64,000 nt of DNA, taken from Candidatus Woesearchaeota archaeon (GTDB lineage: Archaea > Nanobdellota > Nanobdellia > Woesearchaeales > GCA-2686295). Where the stretch lies: NCBI GenBank assembly GCA_016784125.1, contig JADHVI010000001.1:14417-78416 (forward strand). Direction: 5' to 3'. The notes below the pieces were generated by a model, which did no database searches, was not told where the DNA came from, and worked only from the letters and a program-made list of their open reading frames with translations. The translations under genes were made by a program, and so were the position numbers. Positions 1 through 10,004 of the stretch are shown here, piece after piece (position 1 is the first letter of the stretch; each line of letters opens with the position of its first letter).

Positions 1-697
1 ATCGGTAGCTTCCGTCTTCTTTTATATCAATAACTCTACGCAGTTTTTTATAGTAAGAATTGGTTTTTCGATTCATATCACCATAGGGTGCCAGACCCAT
101 TACTTTATACTCTGAATTATTAACGCTAAATCCTAAATATGCAGTTATGGTAGAATAAAGTAGTCCAAGAGAATGTGGAAATTTTATTTCCTTCATTAAA
201 TTTATTTTATTTCCTTCTCCTAAGCCATACGTCGTAGTTGTCCATTCCCCAACACCATCCACTGTTAGTATGGCGGCTTTTTCAAAAGGACTTACTAAAA
301 ATGTGCTTGCTGCGTGAGCTAAATGATGTTCAATAAACAAAACATCACCCTTATATTTCAGTTTTTTTCGTATAGCTCTTAGAACACGCAATTTTTCATT
401 AATCCAAGATGGCATGGAGCTTAGAAATGTTTTAAGACTAAAAGGAAACATTTGCAAGTGTTGAGAAAGCATTCTTTCAAATTTTAGAAGCGGTTTTTCA
501 TAGAAACCCATATAATCAATTTCATTAATTGTTATATTCTGACTTTCTAAACAATATTTTGCGGCGTTAATTGGAAAAGAAGTATCATGTTTTTTCCTTG
601 TAAATCTTTCTTCTTCTGCAGCAGCAACTATGACTCCGTCTTTTAATAGCGCGGCCGATGAATCATGATAGTAACAGCTTACACTTAGCATATACAT
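1..697 (-). CDS. Carbamoyltransferase (NodU/CmcH/TobZ family), N-terminal ~232 aa; the 3' end runs off the window
   Basis: Absent from the ORF track because it is truncated. My minus-strand translation from the ATG at 697-695 reads MYMLSVSCYYHDSSAALLKDGVIVAAAEEERFTRKKHD...FIEHHLAHAASTFLVSPF...AILTVDGVGEWTTTTYG...EYKVMGLAPYG. These are typical N-terminal motifs of this family. The frame stays open to position 1. Confidence 0.75.
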   Translation of the reverse strand, partial: MYMLSVSCYYHDSSAALLKDGVIVAAAEEERFTRKKHDTSFPINAAKYCLESQNITINEIDYMGFYEKPLLKFERMLSQHLQMFPFSLKTFLSSMPSWINEKLRVLRAIRKKLKYKGDVLFIEHHLAHAASTFLVSPFEKAAILTVDGVGEWTTTTYGLGEGNKINLMKEIKFPHSLGLLYSTITAYLGFSVNNSEYKVMGLAPYGDMNRKTNSYYKKLRRVIDIKEDGSYR

Positions 698-707
698 TTT
701 TTGTGCC

Positions 708-947
708 TCAAAATTGTCTGTAGCATTCCTCCAGACTCCTTTTTTTGATATTTAAATCTGACCAGTAAGTTTTTACTTTCGCAGAAGTTTTCATCTCCAA
801 AAAGTTTTTCCCTACAATTTTAGCGACAATAGAAGTAATTCCAACGCCAATAAAATATGCTATAAACAATAACACAGTATTTACAATGATTGCAATTAAA
901 TCTCCAAAACAAGTCATTCCTTCTTTAAAACCTTTGAAAAACCTCAT
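708..947 (-). CDS. Small membrane protein (79 aa), function unknown
   Basis: ORF with a hydrophobic core (LIAIIVNTVLLFIAYFIGVGITSIVAKIV). Its start overlaps the upstream ORF by 4 nt, and it ends 10 nt before the carbamoyltransferase start. Confidence 0.4.
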   Translation of the reverse strand: MRFFKGFKEGMTCFGDLIAIIVNTVLLFIAYFIGVGITSIVAKIVGKNFLEMKTSAKVKTYWSDLNIKKRSLEECYRQF

Positions 948-1159
948 TTCAGAGCCCTCCTAATCAATAAGCCAATTATAACAATTACAATAGTTATGCC
1001 AATAACTGCAAAATATGACCAATCAACAGATGATTTAGCATATGAAAGAATAAAGTAGAGAATGGTTGTAAACAAGAAGTATGAAAAAACATATCCAACC
1101 CAAAGCCCTATTTTTTTAGCTTTTTTCCCCTTGTTGAACTTCATAATATTAAAGTACAA
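944..1159 (-). CDS. Small membrane protein (71 aa, two predicted TM helices), function unknown
   Basis: ORF with two hydrophobic segments. It is the first gene of an apparent three-gene minus-strand unit with 708-947 and the carbamoyltransferase. Confidence 0.4.
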   Translation of the reverse strand: MYFNIMKFNKGKKAKKIGLWVGYVFSYFLFTTILYFILSYAKSSVDWSYFAVIGITIVIVIIGLLIRRALK

Positions 1160-1222
1160 AAAATCTGGTATAAAAATGTTATGGTGAATAACTATTTAAA
1201 ACAATATTTGTTCCTTGTTTCT

Positions 1223-2653
1223 ATGAATGATTGTATATTACTGAGATATGGCGAACTTGGACTAAAAAGTAAGCGAACCAGACCTCGACTAGAAAAGAAT
1301 TATCTTAGAATAATCAAAGACGCACTGAAAAGAACCGGATTTGATGACTTCAGGATAGACAATTTTGGAGGTAGATTCGTTCTTTTTATTGCTGATGCAG
1401 ACAAAACAATTGATGTTCTTAAAAGAGTTCCTGGTATTCAAAGTTTATCACCTGCTCAAACAATTAATTTTTCTGATGAAAATGATCTTATCAGTAAAGC
1501 AAACAAATTAGTAAAAAATGTTATTGTTGGAAAAACATTCTATATCAAAGCAAAAAGAATTGGCAAACACAAATTCTCATCCATGGATATCACCAAAAAA
1601 CTTGGAAGCAAACTTTTCAATAAAAGTAAGGGTGTTGATGCAACAAACCCAGAAGTTAAAATTTTTCTGGAAATAAGAGATGAAAAATGTTTTTTATTTA
1701 CAAAAACTTATACAGGTGTTGGTGGTCTTCCTTTAGACACCGTAAATAAGGTTCTCTGTTTGTTTTCAGGCGGTATTGATAGCCCAGTTGCAGCTGTTAA
1801 AATGCTGAAGAGAGGATGTAAGGTTGATTTCTTATTTGTAAACTTAGTTGGTGAAAAATTGTTACGAGATGTATCCAAAATTTATAATTTTTTGATTACA
1901 AACTATTCATTTGGTTACTCTCCAAAAATATTTATTGTAGATGGAAAAGCACTTGTGAATAAAATAAAGAAAGATGTTCCTGATAGCATAAGACAGATTG
2001 CTTACAAAATAGCACTATATAAAATTGGGGAACTTATATCTAAAAAAAACGATTATCTCTGTTTAGTGGGAGGAGAATCCCTTTCTCAAAAATCTAGCCA
2101 AACCTTAAAGAGTCTTTTGTTCATTGAAAAACAAGCTGATATTTCTATGCTTAGACCATTATTAACGTTTGATAAAATCCAAATCACCGTCATTGCAAAA
2201 AACATAGGAACACTATCAATGTCAGAAAAAATTAAGGAATATTGTGGATTAAGTGATGGACCCGTAACAACTGCACCAGATGAAAAATGTTTAAAAAAAA
2301 TTCCTTCTTTTGAGAAAGAAATAGACTTTGCAGTTACAAATATGAATGTAATAAAAGGATTGATTTTATTAGATACATCTGAGAAAACAGATATTCCAAA
2401 AATAAATAATGTTATTGGTGTTGACATCCGTTCAGAAATTATTCAAAAAAAGATTCCACTCAAAACAGATAAACAAATACCGTATTCGGAAGTTATTGAT
2501 AGATTAGACGAATTTAGCAAAGAAAAATCCTATGTTTTAATTTGTGAATTTGGAGTGAGAGGAGAAGATATTGCTTCCGAACTCAGAAGTAAAGGTATAA
2601 AGGCCGCGGGTGTAGACATGGAAGATTATGTCAAATACTTTTTGAAGAAATGA
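1223..2653 (+). CDS. thiI: tRNA 4-thiouridine synthase ThiI (THUMP + PP-loop ATPase + C-terminal rhodanese-like domain)
   Basis: Contains ILLRYGELGLKSKRTR (ThiI N-terminus), the PP-loop LFSGGIDSPVAA and a rhodanese-type loop CEFGVRG near the C-terminus. The ORF is open from 1181, but the ATG at 1223 (MNDCILLRYGE) fits family N-termini and leaves room for a TATA-like TATAAAAA at about 1166-1177. Confidence 0.85.
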   Translation: MNDCILLRYGELGLKSKRTRPRLEKNYLRIIKDALKRTGFDDFRIDNFGGRFVLFIADADKTIDVLKRVPGIQSLSPAQTINFSDENDLISKANKLVKNVIVGKTFYIKAKRIGKHKFSSMDITKKLGSKLFNKSKGVDATNPEVKIFLEIRDEKCFLFTKTYTGVGGLPLDTVNKVLCLFSGGIDSPVAAVKMLKRGCKVDFLFVNLVGEKLLRDVSKIYNFLITNYSFGYSPKIFIVDGKALVNKIKKDVPDSIRQIAYKIALYKIGELISKKNDYLCLVGGESLSQKSSQTLKSLLFIEKQADISMLRPLLTFDKIQITVIAKNIGTLSMSEKIKEYCGLSDGPVTTAPDEKCLKKIPSFEKEIDFAVTNMNVIKGLILLDTSEKTDIPKINNVIGVDIRSEIIQKKIPLKTDKQIPYSEVIDRLDEFSKEKSYVLICEFGVRGEDIASELRSKGIKAAGVDMEDYVKYFLKK

Positions 2654-3046
2654 TCATTGGTGTTTGCAAATTTCTTTTTCAGATGTGAAACATACAAGAC
2701 ATTGCTTAGGCAAATCAGCTAATTCTTTGTGAACTTTGCAAATTGAGCCTTGCTTTTTCAGTATTTTTAAAAGGTCTTGTGTTTCTTTAAGCATCATTCT
2801 ACGATCTTTTATTTTTTTAGCAGACGTTTTGATTAAGCTAAGCGCAGTCTTGCTAAACTTGACTTTTGAAGCTCTCTTTGATTTTAGATATTGACTTACT
2901 GCAGCTTCGGTAACACACAATCTGTTAGCAATTTCTTTCTGTTCTATACCAAGCTTTTTCATCTCAATAGTTATTTCTCTTCTTAAAGCTGGCAAAATAT
3001 AAAGAACTTCTACTTCCTGAGGTTGCATTAATTTGAGGCTCGCCAT
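2654..3046 (-). CDS. Small HTH transcriptional regulator with a Cys-containing C-terminal tail
   Basis: HTH-like segment EQKEIANRLCVTEAAVSQYLKSKRA. C-terminal cysteines occur in ...GSICKVH...KQCLVCF...ICKH. Family assignment is uncertain. Confidence 0.55.
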   Translation of the reverse strand: MASLKLMQPQEVEVLYILPALRREITIEMKKLGIEQKEIANRLCVTEAAVSQYLKSKRASKVKFSKTALSLIKTSAKKIKDRRMMLKETQDLLKILKKQGSICKVHKELADLPKQCLVCFTSEKEICKHQ

Positions 3047-3084
3047 GTTATAAATTAGCTCTTCTATTTTAAATGATTTTCGGA

Positions 3085-4539
3085 TTATCCTTTTATGTTG
3101 CCTATGGGCTTCAAAGCCACCACTCTCTTTGATATCCCTGATTTTTCAAGTGTGTCAACAACATCTGAAATGTCCTTGTAAGCCAAACCTGCTTCTTCAG
3201 CAAGGCCAGACATCGTTGCAGCTTTTACATAAATACCATTATTTTCCATTTTTCGCTGTAGTTCATCTCCTTGCACCATTTGTTTCGCTTTTGTTCTTGA
3301 CATTGTTCTTCCTGAACCATGTGCAGTACTACCAAACGTTTCGTTCATAGCGGTTTCTGTACCAACAAGTAAATGTGAACCAGTTTCCATGCTTCCTCCA
3401 ATGATAACTGGTTGTCCAACATCCCGGTACAGTTTTGTTAGTTCTGGCATTCCAGGTCCAAAGGCTCTGGTTGCGCCTTTTCTGTGAACAATGACTTCTT
3501 CTTTGCTGCCATCAATATTATGTTTTTCAACTTTTGCAATGTTGTGAGCAACATCATAAACTAAGTCCAAACCCATATCTTCTGGATCTTTACTAAAAGT
3601 TTCAGAGAAACATTCTCTTACTCTATGCAAAATAACTTGTCTGTTAACAAATGCTAAGTTTGCTGCACAAGCCATTGCTTTATAGTAGTCCTGACCTTCT
3701 TTACTTTTAAATGGCGCACATGCAAGCTCTCGATCCTTAACTCCTAAGTTTAAATCTTTCATTACTTTATTGAACGTTACAAGATATTCGCTCGCAACTT
3801 GGTGTCCAAATCCTCTACTTCCACAGTGAACCATTATAACAATTTGGTTTGGCTTGGTTATACCAAATCTTTTTGCAATTTCGGGTCTGAATATATTACT
3901 TGCAGTTTGTATTTCTAGATAATGATTGCCACTTCCCAAAGTGCCGGTTTGCTTTATGCCTCTTTTTATTGCTTTCTCACTTACTGCTCTAGAATCAGCA
4001 CCTTTAATACAACCATATTCCTCTATTCTTTGTATATCTTCTTTTCGAGCATAACCATTCTCAGCACACCAACTCGCCCCTTGAGTAATTATATCTTTGA
4101 ATTTGTCTTCAGTTATTCTTAAAAAACCTTTTGCACCAACTCCTGTAGGCACTCTTTGGAAAAGAAAATCTACTAGGGGTTTTAATTTTGGTTGAACTTC
4201 TTTTAATGAAAGATTAGTTGTTATGAGTCTCATCCCACAGTTTATATCAAATCCTATTCCTCCAGGACTTATGACTCCTTTTTCCATATCAAAAGCTGCA
4301 ACTCCTCCTATTGGAAAACCATATCCCCAATGCCCATCAGGCATACAAAAAGCGTGCTTTTTTATTCCTGGAAGACAAGCCACATTTGTTACTTGTTCAA
4401 AAACTCCTTTGTCCATGCCATTCAATAGTTTTTCCGAAGCATATATTCTTGCAGATACATTCATACCTTTCTTATAGGTTTTAGGAATTTCCCATATATG
4501 GTCAGAGATTTTTTTTATTTCTTTTGGAACGTCGGTCAT
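3085..4539 (-). CDS. rtcB: RNA-splicing ligase RtcB
   Basis: Length about 484 aa. Motifs CMPDGHWGYGFPIGGVAA, GFDINCGMRL, GSGNHYLEIQ, HCGSRGFGHQ and STAHGSGR. The ATG at 4539 follows GAGGTGGTGA; the ORF track starts 9 nt earlier at a GTG. Confidence 0.9.
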   Translation of the reverse strand: MTDVPKEIKKISDHIWEIPKTYKKGMNVSARIYASEKLLNGMDKGVFEQVTNVACLPGIKKHAFCMPDGHWGYGFPIGGVAAFDMEKGVISPGGIGFDINCGMRLITTNLSLKEVQPKLKPLVDFLFQRVPTGVGAKGFLRITEDKFKDIITQGASWCAENGYARKEDIQRIEEYGCIKGADSRAVSEKAIKRGIKQTGTLGSGNHYLEIQTASNIFRPEIAKRFGITKPNQIVIMVHCGSRGFGHQVASEYLVTFNKVMKDLNLGVKDRELACAPFKSKEGQDYYKAMACAANLAFVNRQVILHRVRECFSETFSKDPEDMGLDLVYDVAHNIAKVEKHNIDGSKEEVIVHRKGATRAFGPGMPELTKLYRDVGQPVIIGGSMETGSHLLVGTETAMNETFGSTAHGSGRTMSRTKAKQMVQGDELQRKMENNGIYVKAATMSGLAEEAGLAYKDISDVVDTLEKSGISKRVVALKPIGNIKG

Positions 4540-4549
4540 TATCACCACC

Positions 4550-4963
4550 TCATAAATCTAAAACTACAGTCGCACAACATTTGTCTTTTTTATTTTCTAC
4601 TTTTAACATATACATTGTTACGGCTTTAACATCAGTTCTCAGTTCGATTTGATCATTAACTTTTTCTCCATACATTCGAGCCACAAGTTTTCCGTTGTTT
4701 ATTGTTACATCAAATTTTGAAAAAAAAAGTAAATCTGCATCTTTTAAGTAGACTATTTCTGAGAGGAATGCATATAGCATTTGTTCAATATCCTCTTCTT
4801 CTATTGAAACTCGTTTAATTACTTTTTGTTTAATTGTTTTTGTGTTTGCAAGCGTTTCAGCAGTTGCCATGGCCGCATTTTCAAATAGTTCATTTAAGTT
4901 TTTCCCTTCAGCTTTGAATGCTACATCCGCCGTTGCAACATCTTCTAAGTATACAAATTTCAT
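4550..4963 (-). CDS. Archease (RtcB activator)
   Basis: 137 aa starting MKFVYLEDVATADVAFKAEGKNLNELFENAA and ending ATVVLDL. It lies directly upstream of rtcB on the same strand. Confidence 0.85.
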   Translation of the reverse strand: MKFVYLEDVATADVAFKAEGKNLNELFENAAMATAETLANTKTIKQKVIKRVSIEEEDIEQMLYAFLSEIVYLKDADLLFFSKFDVTINNGKLVARMYGEKVNDQIELRTDVKAVTMYMLKVENKKDKCCATVVLDL

Positions 4964-5003
4964 AGTTATTCAGAATGGAAAGTCATTTATAAATTTTGAC
5001 TTG

Positions 5004-6485
5004 CTATTTCCAGTTTTCAAGTAAATCTGTAAACAGCCTTACTCCATAACCTGTTCCGCCTTTTGAAATATAATCTTGATCTTCAACAAACCAACCCGTT
5101 CCACCAATATCTAGATGTGCCCAAGGTGTTTTGTCTATGAATGATTCTATAAATGTTCCGCCTATGATAGTTCCACCTTCAAAACCTTTCCCTTTGCCAA
5201 GATTTCTGACGTCTGCGAGCTCTCCTTTGATGGCATCTCTAAATTCATCCCACAATGGAAGTTCCCACACCCTTTCAAAGGTTCTTTCACCAGATTTTTT
5301 TAGAGCATTCTTTAATTTGTCATTGTTTGATATTAATCCTGCAGCAGAATAGCCAAGAGCTACAACAACTGCACCTGTAAGAGTTGCTATGTCAATGATT
5401 GCGTCTGGTTTCTTTTCTTCTGCGTAAGCAACTGCATCAGCCAAAACCAGTCTTCCTTCTGCATCAGTATTTATAATTTCAATTGTTTTTTTATTGTAAG
5501 CGGTTATGATATCACCCGGTCTTTGAGCTGAAGCTCCAAGCATGTTTTCAGCCAACGCCATTACCCCAATTACATTAATTGGTAGCTTGAGTTTAGTTGC
5601 AATTATTATAGCTCCCAAAACCGCGGCCGAACCAGCCATATCTGATTTCATATCAAGCATATAACTTGCAGGTTTTATATCCAACCCACCACTATCAAAA
5701 GTTATTCCTTTTCCAACTAATGCGATCTTCTTTTTTGCTTTCGGATTGGTTTCCATAACAACTAATTTTGATTCTTGAGAACTCCCTTTACCAACACCTA
5801 ATAGTGCATTCATTTTTTTCTTTTCAAGTTCTTTTTTTCCAAACACAGTTATTTTAAAGCCTTCTTTTTTAGCCCATTTTTTTGCTTCATTTGCGAGGTA
5901 TGTTGGAGTTGCTTCACAAGCGGGTGTATTAACCAAATCTCTTACATAGTTTGTTGTGTTTCCCAAAAGTTCTCCTTTTTTCAGACCTTTGTTTGTTTTA
6001 TTAACATCATTTGTTAGTACGGTGACTTCTTTTATTTCATTGATTTTATTTTTTTCCTGAGTTTTATATTTCAGGAATTGATATAGACCCATCACTGTTC
6101 CTTCTGCAAATGCCTGAGATTTTTCGTCTGAAGAATACTTCACGTCGACAGACAATAAGTTTGATGTATACTTTAATAGCTTGTTATCTCTAGCAATCTT
6201 TGCTGTGAAACCAGATATTTTTCTAAGTTTTTCAAGATCAAATTCTTTTTTCTTTCCTAAACCTACAAGTAATAGTTTTTCAAAATTTGCGTTGCCTAGT
6301 GAAGAAACAGAATATACTTGTTTAAACTCTCCTTCAAATTTTTTCTCTTTAAATGCCTTAGAAATCGCACCCTTCAACTTCTTATCAATTAATGGATTTG
6401 TAAACTTCTCTTTTTCAAAGCATCCAACAATTAGTAATTCTGTTTTGATATTCTCTGGTTTATCAGTTTTAGAAACAAGCTTCAT
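5004..6485 (-). CDS. pepA: Leucyl aminopeptidase (M17 family)
   Basis: M17 signature NTDAEGRLVLADA, plus VGKGITFDSGG and MKSDMAGSAAV. Confidence 0.85.
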   Translation of the reverse strand: MKLVSKTDKPENIKTELLIVGCFEKEKFTNPLIDKKLKGAISKAFKEKKFEGEFKQVYSVSSLGNANFEKLLLVGLGKKKEFDLEKLRKISGFTAKIARDNKLLKYTSNLLSVDVKYSSDEKSQAFAEGTVMGLYQFLKYKTQEKNKINEIKEVTVLTNDVNKTNKGLKKGELLGNTTNYVRDLVNTPACEATPTYLANEAKKWAKKEGFKITVFGKKELEKKKMNALLGVGKGSSQESKLVVMETNPKAKKKIALVGKGITFDSGGLDIKPASYMLDMKSDMAGSAAVLGAIIIATKLKLPINVIGVMALAENMLGASAQRPGDIITAYNKKTIEIINTDAEGRLVLADAVAYAEEKKPDAIIDIATLTGAVVVALGYSAAGLISNNDKLKNALKKSGERTFERVWELPLWDEFRDAIKGELADVRNLGKGKGFEGGTIIGGTFIESFIDKTPWAHLDIGGTGWFVEDQDYISKGGTGYGVRLFTDLLENWK

Positions 6486-6500
6486 TTTACCACCCTTAAT

Positions 6501-6914
6501 TTATATTAATCTTTTTCGAATCTTAATAAGCATTGAAACGGGTTTTTTTGTTTCCCGGCCACCATCGGCTTCATGCCAATATCTAATATTTTTCTCAGAT
6601 ATTTGCCAGCACAACATTATTTCTCTGCCGTCAAACATTGAGTGAAAATCAACTTCACCTCTATTTAGATCTCTTACTAAACAACCTTGAGTATGAAGTT
6701 TGTCTAGTAAATTGTAAAAGTCATATGATAATTTGTACAATTTTTTTTTCTTTCGTAAATTGTAAGTCATTGACATATGGGGATCATCATATTCAATTCG
6801 AACTGATTTGAGAAGCAATAAAACCTTATTTATCCTCATTAACTTAATTATGGAGGGTTTTATTTTTGTAATTAATTCCTCTGCTTCTTCGAGTGATAGG
6901 TGTGTTTTTTCCAT
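6501..6914 (-). CDS. Conserved hypothetical protein (DUF2203-like by recollection)
   Basis: 137 aa. The segment GCLVRDLNRGEVDFHSMFDGREIMLCWQISEKNIRYWH resembles my memory of the DUF2203 family. Not verified. Confidence 0.4.
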   Translation of the reverse strand: MEKTHLSLEEAEELITKIKPSIIKLMRINKVLLLLKSVRIEYDDPHMSMTYNLRKKKKLYKLSYDFYNLLDKLHTQGCLVRDLNRGEVDFHSMFDGREIMLCWQISEKNIRYWHEADGGRETKKPVSMLIKIRKRLI

Positions 6915-6959
6915 CTTAGAATTTAATTTTGATGAAATCGCCCTCCTATTTTAATCTTT

Positions 6960-7706
6960 CTATTGAAGTTTATTGTCTTCTTTTAACCAATCATAACCTT
7001 TCTCTTCTAAATGATCTGCCAATTCTTTTCCACCTGAATAGACTATTTTTCCACCAATTAATATGTATATTTTGTTTGGTTTTACATAGTTCAAGAGCCT
7101 CTTATAATGTGTAATCATTAATATTCCTATATTTGGTCCTGCCACAGAGTTTATTCCATTAGAAACCACTTTTAATGCATCAATATCCAGACCAGAATCT
7201 GTTTCGTCTAGAATGGCATATTTTGGTTTCAACATTGCTAATTGTAAAGTTTCTGATTTCTTTTTTTCTCCGCCTGAAAATCCTTCATTCAAATATCTTC
7301 TTAACATCGACTGGTCTATCTTCAGCATACTCATGTTTTTATCTAAGAGTTTTTTGAATTCTGAAAAGAGTATAGGTTTGGACCTTTGTGAATTAACCGC
7401 TGTTTTTAAGAAGTTCATCATAGTGACTCCTTGTATTTCATTTGGGTATTGGAATGATAAAAATAACCCTTTTCTTGCGCGTTCATCTGTTTTTTTATTA
7501 GTTATATCTTTGCCGTCTAACAAAATAGTTCCTTTTTCAACTTTATATTTTGGATGTCCCATTATGGCATATGACAACGTGCTTTTTCCACTACCATTAG
7601 GCCCCATTATGGCTGTTATTTCACCTTCATTTATTGTAAGGTTTATTCCGTTCAATATTTTTTTACCTTCTACACTTACATGTAAATTCTTTATTTCTAG
7701 TGTCAT
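6960..7706 (-). CDS. sufC: Fe-S cluster assembly ATPase SufC
   Basis: Walker A GPNGSGKST, ABC signature FSGGEKKK, Walker B AILDETDSGLD. Last gene of the suf operon. Confidence 0.9.
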   Translation of the reverse strand: MTLEIKNLHVSVEGKKILNGINLTINEGEITAIMGPNGSGKSTLSYAIMGHPKYKVEKGTILLDGKDITNKKTDERARKGLFLSFQYPNEIQGVTMMNFLKTAVNSQRSKPILFSEFKKLLDKNMSMLKIDQSMLRRYLNEGFSGGEKKKSETLQLAMLKPKYAILDETDSGLDIDALKVVSNGINSVAGPNIGILMITHYKRLLNYVKPNKIYILIGGKIVYSGGKELADHLEEKGYDWLKEDNKLQ

Positions 7707-8914
7707 TTTGTAAGTAGACCTTTTATTCTTTTTAGTTCACTTATAAGCATCATTACTTCTTCTTCTGTATTGTAAAAATAAAACGATGCTCTAACAGACC
7801 CGTTGATTCCTAATGTGGATGTTAGTGGCATTGCACAGTGATGTCCTGCTCTTACTGCAATTCCTGCCTCATCTAAAAAAGTTGCAACATCATGAGAATG
7901 TAATTTTTTTATGTTGAATGCAAATACTGCTCCTCTGCTAGTTTTTGGGCCGTAAAGTTCTACAAAGTCAAGCAAATCAAATTCTGCAATGAGTTTTTGT
8001 GAGATTATGTGTTCATAGTTTTGAATAGTTTCTAAACCAATTTTTTTTAGATAATCTAATGCTGCTCCAAATCCGACTGCTCCGGCGATGTTTGGTGTTC
8101 CAGCTTCAAATTTCCAAGGCAACTTATTCCAAGTTGATTCTTTGAAGTTTACTTCTTCAATCATATCTCCTCCTGTTTGAAAAGGAGGTAATTCTTCTAA
8201 TAAATGTTTTTTTCCGTAAAGTACACCTATGCCTGTTGGTCCCAGCATTTTGTGACCTGAAAATGCTAGAAAATCACAGTCAAGTTTCTTCACATTCACA
8301 GGTATATTCGGTACTGTTTGAGCAGCGTCAAGAATAAATAAAGCATTATTTTCTGCAGTAATTTTTCGAATTTCTTTCGTTGGATTAATTGTACCAAGTA
8401 CATTTGACATGTGTGCTAGTGAAACTATCTTTGTTTTTTTATTTATCACTTCTGAAAATTGTTTTTTATCTAATGCGCCTTGTTTATTGATCTTTAAGAA
8501 TTTAATTTTTGCGCCTTTCTGCTTTGCCAATACTTGCCAGGGTGTTATGTTACTGTGGTGCTCCATTTGTGAGAGAACAATTTCATCACCTTTCTTTACT
8601 TTGTCTTTTAATGAATAGGCTAAGAGATTCAATGATTCAGTAGTTCCTTTTGTAAAAATTGTTTCTTCAAATGTTGAACCTATGAACTTAGATGCTTTTG
8701 TGTGTGCATCTTCAAATGCTTTTGTTGCTTCCTCACTTAGAGTATGAACTCCTCTGTGAATATTGGCATTGTGATGTTTGTAAAATTGACTTATCGCGTC
8801 TATAACTTGAATTGGTTTTTGTGAAGTTGCAGCATTATCTAAATAAACTAGTTTTTTCCCGTGTATTTTTTTATCCAGTATTGGAAAATCTTTTCTTATC
8901 TTGCGTATATTCAT
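7703..8914 (-). CDS. sufS: Cysteine desulfurase SufS (class V aminotransferase)
   Basis: Contains YLDNAATSQKP, FSGHKMLGPTGIGVLYG (PLP lysine region) and RAGHHCA (catalytic Cys loop). It overlaps its neighbours by 4 nt on both sides. Confidence 0.85.
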   Translation of the reverse strand: MNIRKIRKDFPILDKKIHGKKLVYLDNAATSQKPIQVIDAISQFYKHHNANIHRGVHTLSEEATKAFEDAHTKASKFIGSTFEETIFTKGTTESLNLLAYSLKDKVKKGDEIVLSQMEHHSNITPWQVLAKQKGAKIKFLKINKQGALDKKQFSEVINKKTKIVSLAHMSNVLGTINPTKEIRKITAENNALFILDAAQTVPNIPVNVKKLDCDFLAFSGHKMLGPTGIGVLYGKKHLLEELPPFQTGGDMIEEVNFKESTWNKLPWKFEAGTPNIAGAVGFGAALDYLKKIGLETIQNYEHIISQKLIAEFDLLDFVELYGPKTSRGAVFAFNIKKLHSHDVATFLDEAGIAVRAGHHCAMPLTSTLGINGSVRASFYFYNTEEEVMMLISELKRIKGLLTK

Positions 8915-10002
8915 TTTATTAATTTCTGATTAATTTCTGTTCGCATTTCTTGAGCTATGCTTTCAGCTTTTATATTTTTTATTGCTGTCTCAAAGAATCC
9001 TTTTACAACTTCATTTTTTGCTTCTTCCTCTGTTACGCCTCTGGTCATTAAATAAAACAATTTCTCGCTGTCAATTCTGCCTATGGCTACTGCATGACTA
9101 CATTTTACATCATCATTATCTATTAATAATTGTGGTATAGCATCCGCTTCTGCTTGATTATCAAGAATTAGAATTTCTCCTTTTTGTCCGCCAACTGATT
9201 TTGGAGCTTTTTTTTTCATAAAAATATTTCCTCTGTATAATGCTTTTGAACTGTTTTTTACAACTCCTTTACCGCTTACTTTTGAAAGTGTTTCTTTGGC
9301 CTCATGTATTGCTTGTCCTAACATATCAAACTGCTGATCTTTAGTGGCAAAGAAAATACTTTGAGTATCAACTTTCGAACCAACACCTTGAAGGAAAGTT
9401 GTTACGTCAGAAACAGAGGTTTTCCCTCCGAGTGAAAAATCATACCAATTAATCTCTGAATTTTTTTGTGCAACACCAATTTTTCTTGAGTAATGTAGTT
9501 TATTCATGTTAATCTTTTGTATGTGAACATAATGCACTTTTGAGTTCTTACTCGCGTGAATATTAACAAATTTTGTATTCAAACCTTTCGATTTTGTTTT
9601 GTCTTTAAGAACCTCTATAATAGTTACTTCGCTCCCCTCACCAACTTTGATTGATATTTGTTGTAGTGAATTGTCTGATTGAATCTCATTATTTATTCTA
9701 ATTGGATCAACGAGGATTTTGTTTTTTGGAATTGTTAAAGTTAATTCTTTTTTGAGATTTGAAAAATGTAACTTGTCAATTTCATTCTTAAAGAGAACTT
9801 TTTGGTTTTTTATTTTTTCTTCCTTTAGAGAAAATCTCTTTGAATTTATTTTGGTTTGAATTTTATTTTTTGAGAAATTTTCTTTTTCAAAGTCAAAATT
9901 ATTCAAATCTATATTTATTGATATACCATATTTTAGTACTTTCTTTTCTCTCGTGATTAGAGTCAGGTATAAGTCTTTGAAATTCTGTCTTTTTTCAGTC
10001 AT
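8911..10002 (-). CDS. sufD: Fe-S cluster assembly protein SufD
   Basis: The C-terminal region ...NQAEADAIPQLLIDNDDVKCSHAVAIGRIDSEKLFYLMTRG is typical of SufB/SufD beta-helix proteins. Located between sufB and sufS. Confidence 0.75.
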   Translation of the reverse strand: MTEKRQNFKDLYLTLITREKKVLKYGISINIDLNNFDFEKENFSKNKIQTKINSKRFSLKEEKIKNQKVLFKNEIDKLHFSNLKKELTLTIPKNKILVDPIRINNEIQSDNSLQQISIKVGEGSEVTIIEVLKDKTKSKGLNTKFVNIHASKNSKVHYVHIQKINMNKLHYSRKIGVAQKNSEINWYDFSLGGKTSVSDVTTFLQGVGSKVDTQSIFFATKDQQFDMLGQAIHEAKETLSKVSGKGVVKNSSKALYRGNIFMKKKAPKSVGGQKGEILILDNQAEADAIPQLLIDNDDVKCSHAVAIGRIDSEKLFYLMTRGVTEEEAKNEVVKGFFETAIKNIKAESIAQEMRTEINQKLIK

Positions 10003-10004
10003 TT

